NCBI GenBank assembly: GCA_030141605.1
Contig: JAQGDQ010000769.1
Coordinates: 1 to 64,000 of the forward strand
Source of the DNA: Tubiluchus corallicola
Lineage: Eukaryota; Animalia; Priapulida
Length of the DNA: 64,000 nucleotides
Reading direction: 5' to 3'
Part shown: one piece after another, positions 52,400 through 64,000 of the stretch
How positions within the stretch are numbered: the stretch's first letter is position 1
Layout of the letters: each line of letters opens with the position of its first letter
Program-made: the position numbers and the translations under genes
Notes under the pieces: model-generated
The model's database searches: none
Told to the model about the DNA's origin: nothing
The model's input: the letters and a program-made list of their open reading frames with translations, nothing else

Positions 52400-55300
52400 C
52401 GATTGAATGATGTCTACCACAGGATACGATACACATCTCCCTGATGAACTAATTATTAGTGAGATTTGTAACTTGGACGTCAGCAAAGAAATTAAGCAGA
52501 TGCTTCAGACTCCTGAAATTTTACAAGCATTTTCAACGGTTGTGAGTTCATTGGTTCCTAAAATTACTATGAAGCAGATCGAGGAGGAGTTGGTATAAAT
52601 GCGTAAAGAGATTAAATACCTTCGTCAAAAGACCAATAACTTGGAGCACTACAGGAGAAGATGCAGTGTTAGATTTTTTGAGATGCCTGAAAGAGAAGAT
52701 GAAAACGTTACTGAAATGGTGATGAACTTTTGAAACGAAGTTCTTCAATTAGATCATATAAAGACGGAATCTATTGAGAGGAGCCATCGCACTGGGAAAG
52801 CAAGAGATGGTAAGCACAGAGCGATATTAAGCAATTTCATTCGTTATGATTATAAGCGGGGCGTGATTCTTGCAGTTAGAAATCTTATAAAGGAATGCCT
52901 TATCTAAAAGTGTACGAGGACTTAACCAGATCAAACATGGAAGTGGTTCGAAAAGCCCTAAAGTTACGCGACAAAAAGAAAGTCCATAGTGATTGGACGG
53001 CCTGACGGAAAAGTAATGATTAAGAACAATAGCAATAGAATCGTCTCTATAAATAATTTGTCCGAGCTGCGTGAAGCATTTAGAGACGATGCGTTTGAAT
53101 CATGTATTGTAGAACAAAGCGCCCTCAACTGCTTCAAATAAGCTGCCACGAAGTGACATGAGGTGTATTGGGATGTCCGCCAGTGAGTCATTAAGTCTAC
53201 CACACCATGGATAGCTGCTGGGGTTCGTCAACGTCAATCTTGCGGAAACCACCGACTTCTTAGAAGCCTCTACAATCTACTCGTCACTGTTCAGTTGGAG
53301 TACCAGTAAAGTACTTTTTCGGACTTTGCCTACTTTTAGTGAATTGTCTCTCTTGGGTAAGCCATATAAAAGCAGCATATTATTATTTTTCCTTTCTTAC
53401 TTAAGTAATAACCTTATGTTGCGCTTGACATTATTTTGAATTTGATACCGTATAGATACGTGTAATTTGTTGGTGTATGGTTAGTAGTCATAATATTCAG
53501 TGTTTAGAATGATTATATTCAGAATTTGATGACTGCAAAATTTGCTGTAGAAATCGACGCATTAATTTAAAAACATAGACAGTACTTTTGTAGTTTACTG
53601 TAATTTACTAATATTACTGGAGATTGGCCCGCTTAAAAATTATATCCCTATAGGCATCACTATCAGCTGGTATGTATTAATATAAGCATGCAAGATTATA
53701 GTGATATAAAACTACCTGCAAACCTCTGTATATAGATTTAAAGTTAACCTTGGAAGTATTGTACTAGTTGTCTGGTATACAATAATTCTGACCTTGCACG
53801 CGTTAAACGATGTGTGAAATCTTTAACTTCGGTAATTTGTTGTGTCTGTGTAACACACACACATATATATATATACATTTGTAGAAATGTAATCTGTTTA
53901 CACGATGTATATATAAATATATAGATATTTAGTTATATATATTGTAACTCAATTAACCCAATTAGGCATTCAAGCATGTAAAGCAATCCCTGTATCACCA
54001 TATGGACATGGCTAGGAACAGGAACCTCAGTCACAACCAGTAGAAAAATCTGATGTTCGTAATAATTTTGATACTGTTTCATTTTATTATTGTAATTCTC
54101 ATAGTCTTGTTAATAAGAAATCTCAGTTTTACTAATTGTTAACTGGTGAGGTGGATATTGCATTAATAACTAAAACTTGGTTTACAGATACTGTTACTAA
54201 TGGAATGTTTAATGACTATGGGAATTATAATGTTTTCTAAAAAGACAGGGGCTCAAGGTGTGCTGGCACTGCAGCTTTTATGAAAAAAGGTTTACATGCA
54301 AACTTAGTTTCTTGTTAAGACTGCTATAAGCACCTTGAAACTCTAACTATTGACATTACTGGTGAATTTCGTATGATTATTAATTTATCGTCCACCCAGT
54401 ATGAGCATAGAAACGTCAAAACTGCCGTGGAATTATTTATCAGAAATGTGTGACATTGTTAAACCTGTCATTATTACAGGGGAATTTAACTTCCCTTTCA
54501 TAACTTGGTTAGAAAATCTTTCATCACCAGACACTGCGCAATGCAATTTATTTATTCACACTGTAACTAATTTACGGCTTTAACAATTTGTTACTGAACC
54601 AACTCGTGCTGATTCAACGACTGGAACTTGTTCTTTCTTAGATTTATTGTTCTGCACAGATGAGGCATTTGTTTTTGATGTTAATGTTGCAGAACCTGTG
54701 ATTACGGCTGACTATTCAGCAGTTGTTTTTTGAATACCAAAGCTTATTGTACACTAATGTGATTACATTGTTACGATACTTTCGATTCCTGTGTTTCTAC
54801 ACAAAGTTTGTGGGACAGGTTCTACAACATAATCCATGAAGCCATTGACAACAACGTCCTCTGCATGGCCTAGCATGCATAAAGGTAAAAAGAAACATAA
54901 TACTAATTACCCTCCTAATCTGAAACTCATAATCGGTAAGAAGCGCTAGCTTTATTCAAAACGTAATAATTCTGCTGAAAATAAGAGAGCGACTCTGTAT
55001 AGAAAATTTAAAAAAGGAAACTTAAAAAAATTTAAAATAGGCGAGTTACTATTCGTGAACACAGAGTTTTAGCTAGTATTAATCGTAATAAATTATTTAA
55101 GTGCGTTCATAAAACAAGATGTAATGATAAAGGTGTAGCGCCTTTAAAAGATAAGCAAGGTAACATTGTTGTCGCTGATCTAGAAAGAGCTAAAATGACT
55201 ATTTTAGTAAATTTTTCACTATTGATGATGGCAAGAAACCGTCGATTTCACAAAAAAACACCTTCTGCAATTTAATTACATTAATTGAATTTTTGTTGTA

Positions 55301-56800
55301 CGATATGTTGTACAATTTAATTAGTATCCTTGAGCGGTTGTGTCCGTAAAGCCATTCAAAAAAGTAAATCTAAAAAAAGTCGTACGCCTGGCTGTTTAAG
55401 CAGGCCATTGTTTTCAAGCAGTTGATTGATGTAATCTGTTTATCTTTATCCATGCTTTTTAATGTCTCTTTTAGTCAAGACAGCCTCCCATATGAATGGA
55501 AAATAGCAGAGGTATTACTCATGTACAAAAGAGGGGAAAGTTCAGACCCGAGCAACTGTAGACCTATTTCTGTTACTTCGATATAAAATCATTGAAATTT
55601 GTATTTGTGCTGAGATGCTAGCACTTCTTATTAGGCATAATGTAGTAAGTAAGCACCAGCCTGGGTTTTTATCAAAACATTCATCATGCATACATTTATT
55701 AGGATCAATTTATAATTGGACTGTTGCTTTAGATAAAAAAATCTGTTTATATTGTATATATTGATTTCAAAAAAGGTTTTAATTCAGTCAGCCAACATAA
55801 ATTACTAATTAAGTTGGAACTTGTGGCATATGTGGCCTACTGTTTGATTGGATTACACGTTTCTTAACAGGGCGTTTACAAAAAGTTGTTAGGGCAAAAG
55901 TTCTTCTATTTATGTACAAGTAACTTTAGGATTAGCTCAGAACAGCGTTCTGGGCCCCCTACTGTTTATATTGTTTGTAAATGATCTGCCTGATGTCATT
56001 GGTAGTTCTTATTGTAAACAATATGCAGCTGATGTGAAATTATATCACCGTGCTGACACTGGAAGTAATAATATTCGGAATGTAAAAATGTATTTCCTAG
56101 TAGTCTAAATAACTGCCAAATTCAGTAAATAAATGCTCTGTTCTACATATAGGATGCAAAAACACTATCCATAACTATAAAATGGAAAGTACTAATCTTA
56201 CACTAAAGGACAAAGTGTTAGATCTCGAACTCACAGTTAGCAAAAATCGAAAATTTTCAACTCATTGTCTTGATATCTGTGCTATGGCAGATCGTGTAAG
56301 CTTTTCAATGCTTTGTTGCGCTGATAAGCTGCATGCTTACAGTCTACAAAACAATAATCCTGGAGTCCCTACCTTCTGAAGGATATAGATCTTGTGGAAA
56401 ATGTATAATATTCACGTGCAGACTTTTTGCTAGATGTAAGTTAAACTCCACGTCATGCCCAAGTAAATTATAAATACTCAAAATGGAACGCCTAGAATTA
56501 AAACGCATTTATAATGATCTAAATATGTGCAATAGCATAATTCATGATGATATATCAATCTCGAGTAAATATTTTTTAACTTTGCACCACTTGCAAATAC
56601 TACAAGAATTGCTTTTAACATTTCTTCGGCAACAGAGTTGTAAGTTTATGAAATAAACTACCACCTTATGTGAACGGTGCTCCAACTGTAAATGTTGGCA
56701 ACGGAAAAGTATTTAGAAAACGGCTATGTCACTTTGATTTTAGCAAAATTTTACTTTTTTATATCTTTAGACGCATTAACCAACATTAAAATGAAAATGA
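52400..56800 (+). mobile_element. Near full-length degenerate CR1-group LINE (ORF1 plus APE-RT ORF2)
   Basis: ORF1 relic NLEHYRRRCSVRF..IERSHRTGK..VYEDLT (52600-53050). APE relic YCNSHSLVNKK, YRPP, GEFNFP, QFVTEPTR. RT relic SNCRPISVTS, IYIDFKKGF, NSVLGPLLFILFVNDLPD, YAADVKL. Many stops and frameshifts. Confidence 0.85.
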
Positions 56801-57469
56801 ACAACCAACATAAATTTTATACTTTTTATTGCATGTAAGTTACTTGTGTGTCAAAGTACGTCTAATCTTAGTTAAGTGAAATATTGGTCTCATATGGCTC
56901 AAGGCTGAGCTTCAATTAGATGTAGTTGCGTTATTTCCGCCTGAATATCTTATTAATGAAACGAAAATAAGGTTTATCCATATTTACTATAACATTGTTA
57001 CTTTTAAATGTAGCATAAGCTGAGAACAGGCTAAAACATTAAATTGGGACCAAGCATAAGTAGACCTTGTACAAATTTACATTCAATTTCACTTTTAATC
57101 TAAAATTTGAGTTTTGTTTTCACGGAATGCAACACTAGATAAAGTCTAAATGCGTGTTTATGTTTATTCATCCGAAACTTTTCATTATTATTTGGCGTTA
57201 CTAGTATAACTGAAAACCCTCCTACAACAATATTCTTCAGACAACAGCACACAATATATATATATAGGTGTTCTACGCACGACCATAATCATTCCTTTCA
57301 CAAAATAGCTGCAAAGACTGTGTAAAGAATGCGCATTTCAAAAATAGACTAATACATAGCAATATATTTGTTGAATTTTGTGAATAGATGCGTATACGAT
57401 CAGAACTATTCAGAACACAATAGCTGCTAACTGAGTTTTTTAAGAGCTACTGAACTATCTAAAAGACTG

Positions 57470-58504
57470 ATGAAGCTATCTAAACATTACATGAATGTGT
57501 TGACACGGCGTGCTTTACAATTCTTAGGACACGGTTGCTGGTTCTCTTGTTGCTGGTTTCTTATCTGGATGTCTTGGCATGAAAACAACAAATTTAGAGA
57601 TCAAGTGAACATTAGCAATAACAGATTACACTACACTAACCAAACTGAACGAAAGAGTTTGAAAGCAATACATGTGTTTGTATTAGGAAAGATTTCTCAA
57701 CGAGTTGGATTAGGAAATAAAATGTTTAACTATGCTTCAATGTATGGTATTGCCCGTACAAATAACATGAAACAAAGTGTTATGCAAGATGATGAAATAG
57801 TGTCTGTGTTTCCCAAACTCAACGCTACGCACCTCAGTGATACAGACTTTAAAGAGGGTAATTTTCTTAAGGTGACAGCTAGAAGCTGCTGCTCGTATGA
57901 TCCCATCATGAAACAATTACCGCAGCATCGTAATACATCCATTGGAGAGCGAATGCTCATCTCTTATCGTTATTTCCATCATGTTAAAGAAGAAATTCGC
58001 GCTCAATTTCAATTCCCAGTCCAAACAATTTTGCGTGCTCGAACTTTGGTAGCAAATCTGTGCACAGTCAAAGAAATTCCTAATTGTCACGAAATGACAA
58101 CAGTGGGAGTGCACGTTCGAAGGGGAGACTTCAATTCTCCCAGGTCAAGTAAATATGGACGGCGTACATCAAGTGTTGATTATATTAAGCGCGCAATGAG
58201 CTTTTTCAAAAGCAGGTATCATGATGTTGTATTCATAGTGGCTGGTGACGACCCAAGGTGGTGTGTGGAGAACCTTAATTTCCCAGATACAGTCGTTGTT
58301 GAAAGCAATGAACCAAAGATTGACTTGTGCATTTTATCTCATTGTGATCACGTGATAATGACTGTTGGAACATTTGGTTGGTGGGCTGGTTATCTTTGCA
58401 AAGGAACCGTTGTTTATGACAGGGATTCAGCAGAACCCGGATCTCGTTTTGACTCTTTACTGCGCGTTGACGATCGCTACCCTGAAGAATGGATTACTAT
58501 GTAG
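57470..58504 (+). CDS. GT11 alpha-1,2-fucosyltransferase-like (FUT1/FUT2 family), type II membrane
   Basis: 344 aa. Hydrophobic N-terminal segment CWFSCCWFLIWMSW. Motifs GLGNKMFNYASMYGIA, SYRYF, GVHVRRGDF, DLCILSHCDHVIMTVGTFGWWAGYL and YPEEWI. Confidence 0.93.
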   Translation: MKLSKHYMNVLTRRALQFLGHGCWFSCCWFLIWMSWHENNKFRDQVNISNNRLHYTNQTERKSLKAIHVFVLGKISQRVGLGNKMFNYASMYGIARTNNMKQSVMQDDEIVSVFPKLNATHLSDTDFKEGNFLKVTARSCCSYDPIMKQLPQHRNTSIGERMLISYRYFHHVKEEIRAQFQFPVQTILRARTLVANLCTVKEIPNCHEMTTVGVHVRRGDFNSPRSSKYGRRTSSVDYIKRAMSFFKSRYHDVVFIVAGDDPRWCVENLNFPDTVVVESNEPKIDLCILSHCDHVIMTVGTFGWWAGYLCKGTVVYDRDSAEPGSRFDSLLRVDDRYPEEWITM

Positions 58505-60049
58505 AATTGTAGTTGCCTTGGAAAATGAACTAGAGTAGCAAAGGCTGGATATAAGCAGCCTTTACCTCAACTCGGAAACTTTATTAAAATTCAAGGCTTC
58601 TTCCTAATTGAATTGCTCCTCCAGGTTGCATATTCCCAAAAATGATTTGTTCCGTTTCGCTCGTGAAACTTTGCAGGCTAAACAACTGTTATACCAACGA
58701 CATTCTTGTATATGTAAACTTGTGCTACAGCGAATTGTGACACGTGATAACCAAACTTAAAGGCAACGGACTGAATTTCGCTGGCGCCATCTAACGAGCA
58801 AAACAAGAGAGATCAACTTTCTTCCAAAACGCCAACACCTTCGCACCAGATTTCTTGTTGTGTAAACTGCTAAGAAAGAGTTAAAAACATCAGAGAGCAT
58901 TTTATTTCTATTTTATGTGAAACTGTAGCTTCGCCGAGCATGCTGTATTTAATCTTTAAATCCTTTAGCACCGTATGTTTGCTTTTCATATGGATTCATT
59001 TAAAAAAATGCTCTCAGGAAAATAAATAGTGCCTCATGTGTTTTTTGGTAGTTTTTTGTTTTTGATCTTCATACAATGAACTTTGTTCCAAAATTCAACC
59101 CGGAACGCATTTCGTTACTTTAGAATAATTAAACATCAAATTTTGACGAAAGATTGAAAAACTTGTGCCAATTTTATTTAAAACAATAGTAAGGAACTAG
59201 CAAAGACCTCGCAAAAAAATTTGCGTATAAATACAATTATAATCAATAATGCTCGAACATCCTACCTAGTGCTCGTTTATTTTCTTAACGCAAAGCCAGC
59301 AGCTTTTACTGAACTAAAGTTATAAGGTTATACACAGAGTATAATGGATGACGTCAGAACAATTTGCGTCAGCAGTTTTCCAAGCAAAAATTGCCAAAAA
59401 TAGAACACCTAATTAATTCGTCGGCACTCCTCTTGGTAGATGTGTCCTACAATACAGCCCACATCATCGTATAGCCCTGTTCTTCGTCTTTCTAAAGAGT
59501 CATATATCTCCTTCCTAGAGTTACACCAAGCGCCGCTTGACGTTTTTTCTACAGGCTGTTTGGCCAAAATTTGGAAAAAAATCGGGATTTGCATCCAGTT
59601 AAATGTCCATTACTTAAGCTCTGGTGAATTTTAGATATGCCTACTACACCCACCGTTGAATGGGCTATCTAACCGTTACTGACACTGCCCCTGGCACGTT
59701 CCCGTTCTCTAGAAATAACAGATACAAGTTTTGCAATTTTTTGCACAAAATGGCCAAAAAATCTGCATTTTGGAGGTTTTTCGCCCTCCATTCATCCCGG
59801 TGGGCCCGATTCAAAAAATAAACATTGTTGATTTTAAGTTACATACCTAAACCCCAGAGAATTTTTATATTTGACTTCTCTTATGCGATGACCACACCTC
59901 AAACTAACTGCTTTTGTCCTGTGTGTAATAAATCACCGTGGTTTGTGTTGTGACTGCAGAAATAGATGGCTTCATCTGAAATGTACTTACTTAACTGTAA
60001 ATGATTGGCCGCAAAAACCGATGAATGGTTTGGCCACCTTTGTCTTCAG

Positions 60050-62215
60050 AAAATTTTCCTATTCAATCATTTACCTGAAGATGACGATTTTAATCATGTT
60101 ATAAGAAATTCGCTACTTGATTCTATAATTTGTAAGGATCCTTATTATTTAGATCTTTTCCAAACAACACTATTGTGTTGTATATATATGTTATATATTG
60201 ATTCTATACATTTTTCAATCAAAAAGATTCTTTTCCAAAAAGTAAATACTACGACAATGAGCAATTTTTGTCTATGCTTTCAAACATAAATTTCAACAAC
60301 ATATTATCAATGATCCATCTGAATATAAGAAGTATATCTGCTAATTATGACCACTTAACTGTACTGCTGCAAATGTTACAAACTCAATTCTCACTGATTG
60401 CGTTAACCGAAACGTGGTTAAATATACAGAAAAAAATGTTTAAGTTACCCGGATATATTCTGTTGAATAGAAATAGGAAGAATAAAAGGGGGGTGTAGGG
60501 TTGTTCATTAAATCAGACATACCACTTGTAATGAGAAACGACTTAACATCAAGCAACTCTGCCCTTGAAATATTTTTTTTCGAAATTCACAAAGTAAGAG
60601 GCAAAAACATAGTAGTCGGCTTGATCTACAGACATTTATTGAACAGTTGACTGCTAAACTATCAATAATAAATAATAAAATAAGCAGTTGTTTTTGTTGT
60701 TGAAACTACAATTTGAACTTATTAAATCACTCTTCAAATCAAGACACGGCAGAGTTTCTTGAAACTATTATTACTATGTCTTTCCAGTTGTTACTTGTCC
60801 TACTCGAATTACAGCATACAGCTCTACATTAATTGTTAATATTCTGACAAATGTTATACAGCATCAGTATAGAGCTGGCATTCTTTTAGTAGATGTCACC
60901 GATCACATACCAATCTTCTTAATCATTGACTTAAACATAGCAAAATCTCAAACTAATAATATCGACAAAGTAATATACAATAACCATGTAAAAAATAAAT
61001 TAATAAGTTGTATAGAATCAGTCAACTGGGAGGAATTATATAGTATTTCAGATCCTGAAGCAGCTTACAATCTATCTCTGGATAAATTTAACGAAGCCTA
61101 CTTTAAAAATATAAAAAACTACTGATGCTTCCAAGAAAACTAATGTCATTAAAAATGCATGGATAACTACAGCCATATTAACCAGTATCAGTCACAAAAA
61201 TAAAATGTATAATTCATTAAACAAACAAATCTCAGAGGCAGCTGGGACCGATACAAACAATATTGCAATAAATTAGATAATGTTGTTAAAAATGCTAAAT
61301 CGACTAATTATCAAAATCAGTTGTTAAACCAATTTAAAAAAAACATGGGGAATTATGAAAGAAATAATGCATTCCAGGTGCGAACAGCCCTTAATTCGTT
61401 TAAAAATTAATAATAAATTAATCGCAGTTCCTAAATCTACAGTAAATCATTTTAATGACCATTTTTCGCAGAATTAAAACGATTAATTGTTATCCCTATC
61501 TTCAAATACAAGGATTCTCTAGACATAAATAATTATAGACCTATCTCGCTGTTACTGTTTTTCTCAAAAATATTGGAAAAAGTTGTTAACAATAAAATAT
61601 TATCATACTTCTACCATCAAAACATAATAAACAATAAGCAGTTTGGTTTTCAGAAAAACAATTCAACTGAATTGGCTTTGATAAACATAGTAGAGAGTAT
61701 AACTAAATACATTGAACAAATTGAATTTATGAATTAGAAACTGTTCAGCCAATTCAAAAATTTAAGAAGAAATACAGAGCAATGATTCTCAACAAGTACA
61801 ACACTTCCTAATTTTGTACACCTACTGCAGCAGTCTTACCACAATCCTGTGGTACATGATACAAAACAAGACATCATTGATAAATCTTTAGAGTTGATGT
61901 CAACATAGCACAATCTTGTTATCTTTCTTCCTACCATTTCCACTAACACATCGTTCTGCCCTTCCTGTGTGACCTAACCTTTCCCCCAGATCTTTTTTTG
62001 TTCACTCATCCATTCTTTTTTTTTATCGTGTTCACATGACAGAGGGCTTATACAAGCCTTTGCTTCTCTAGCCCACTGCAGTACAATTATTCTTTTAAGA
62101 TAACGATAGTGTATGAAACATAACAATTTAATACAGTATGATGTTCTAATTTTGATGTCACTGTGTACTTTATATTGTACTGAATGTGATAATAATAAAA
62201 TAAACTAAACTAAAC
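60050..62215 (+). mobile_element. Degenerate, internally deleted L2/Crack-type LINE
   Basis: APE motifs IHLNIRS, IALTETWLN, PTRITAYSSTLI, DVTDHIPIF. RT start NNYRPISLLLFFSKILEKVV and QFGFQKNNSTELAL. 3' AATAAA plus (TAAAC)n tail. Confidence 0.85.
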
Positions 62216-62275
62216 CTTTCATTTCATGTATAGATTGTCGCAGATGGTGCCGTCGTCAGAGTAGTAGCCTCGAAT

Positions 62276-62277
<2 letters not shown>

Positions 62278-62339
<62 letters not shown>
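62278..62339. repeat. (TA)n microsatellite
   Basis: Read directly from the sequence. Confidence 0.97.
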
Positions 62340-62342
<3 letters not shown>

Positions 62343-64000
62343 AAACGATTGCAATACTTAATAATGCTTGAAGCATAATAGTTCTGTAGCTTAGTTTGAG
62401 AGATTATATTATTTAGTATAGAGTTTATAGTGTATTATTTAGAGATATTTGGTATGTACTGTGTACACCTGAGTAAGCTAGTCTATAGGCTAATTTGGGT
62501 GGGTGAAGTGGTGTGGATCTCGGTTTTATCCAAATGAAATGCTTATAAGTATTTTAGCAAATAGCATGATTGGATAGTCAGTTTCTCCCGAATCGAATAA
62601 TACATAATTTATGATCATTTAGTTATGTCTGTACTCTTTCAGTAGCATGAAAGTCACTGGTCTTATAAGGCCTATTTTGAGTGGCGATCTCTGATAGGAG
62701 TCAAAGCTTCTCTGCTTTTTAATTAAAACCTCGGATTCCCATCTCCCCAGTAGAGACAAAATATTTGTGCAAAAAAATGAAAAACTGTAAACCCTTGGAG
62801 GAATAATAATCGTAAAATTGACCAACTACCACTGTCATTCACCATTCGTAAGAGTCAGAGGTAAGAGTCAACAAACTGCTGTCTACCGCCAGCTCAGGGC
62901 TAACCACCCTGTGAGTTTTGTGACTGTAGCTTGCAAGCCTATCTGGTTATAAACTAACAGAGAATAAATAATAATTATGACTAATTCATATTACGATTCT
63001 GCAGTACGACCGGAACTGAAAGTGATGACTATGGAAAATCTGTGCTGATTTGATCATTGTTTCAAGATCATAATTTTTAATATTGCAGATTGGCCGTGCT
63101 TATCACCTAGGAAATTCATTTCTTTTCAAGTTGGAACTTGTCACTTTAGGACATGCAGCTATATTGACCCAGTATCTGAAGTTGTCAATATTGCCTTCAG
63201 TAATTTTGCCATGCTTAATCACATAAGAATGAAACAGCAACTTGTGAAATTTGGATCCCTTAGGCCAGAGGTCAACCAATCTTGAGTCAACCTATACCGT
63301 TCAATTTGTCACGTCGGGTCCTTTGATTTGATGTACTACAAGCCACTATTCACCAACACAGGAAAAACATTTATGACTTTTGAGTAAATTATATAAATGT
63401 CAAGTCTTGCAAACTTATTACTGAGATTAACTACATATAAGCGTACAGTATTTTGCAACAACTTTTATTCCTTTTGCACACTATAATAAATTGTCTAACT
63501 GCGTGCAAGAGCAACTACTGTTATACCAGGTTCAATTAACTTCAATATTCAATTGTTCATTGTCTAACTTCTGTAGATCCTTTTCAAAGTCTGGACTCTA
63601 ATTGTCAATCTCCTCATGCAGTCATACAGATAATTTTTGTGCTTTAACAATCTGCCTATTTATTTTACCTCAGATCATCAAAAATCGCTGTGTAATTTTT
63701 TACATTATTATGATATACTATGACTCCATTATACATTCACTTGCTTATGTCTAAGAATTATACTTGTGTTATAAAGTATATTTCAGTTGCCATTGTTATT
63801 ATGTTTCTGTTGTCAGATTTTTATTTCAGTTCTTGTTTCAGTTCTTATTTCAGTTCAGTTTTATTTCAGTTATTTTCAGTTCGATATTTTTTATTATGCA
63901 CTTATTGTTACTGTGTATGAATTATACTGACACGCTATAAGCATATCAATTTAATGTCATTCGTAACAATTAAATTTTTATTATAAGCAGTACTAACATT

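Noticed and set aside
934-58504. Bacterial polysaccharide operon, contamination or giant-virus insertion
   Set aside because: Genes are 4-15 kb apart on mixed strands among animal-type TEs, with Golgi-type anchors, splice signals and one in-phase intron. Single coding exons are normal for animal FUT1/2- and CHST-type genes. No viral hallmark genes are seen.

Overview
AT-rich, repeat-dense eukaryotic DNA, most likely from an invertebrate animal: it has a GT-AG intron, LINE/LTR/DNA-transposon debris and microsatellites, and the taxon cannot be fixed from sequence alone. Every intact gene I can find in the 64 kb encodes a predicted type II membrane (Golgi-type) glycan-building or glycan-tailoring enzyme. 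There are eight genes from five different families: one DUF268 putative SAM methyltransferase, two tandem FkbM/Star-like methyltransferases, two HNK-1ST/CHST-family sulfotransferases (one split by a 1.9-kb intron), one GT-A-fold glycosyltransferase and two GT11 alpha-1,2-fucosyltransferases. This looks like an animal glycan biosynthetic gene cluster for a fucosylated, sulfated, O-methylated glycan (inference). One fucosyltransferase lies inside a ~2-kb near-perfect inverted repeat, which also places the same sequence upstream of two divergently transcribed cluster genes. The two FkbM coding regions are far more similar to each other than their co-duplicated flanks, suggesting gene conversion.
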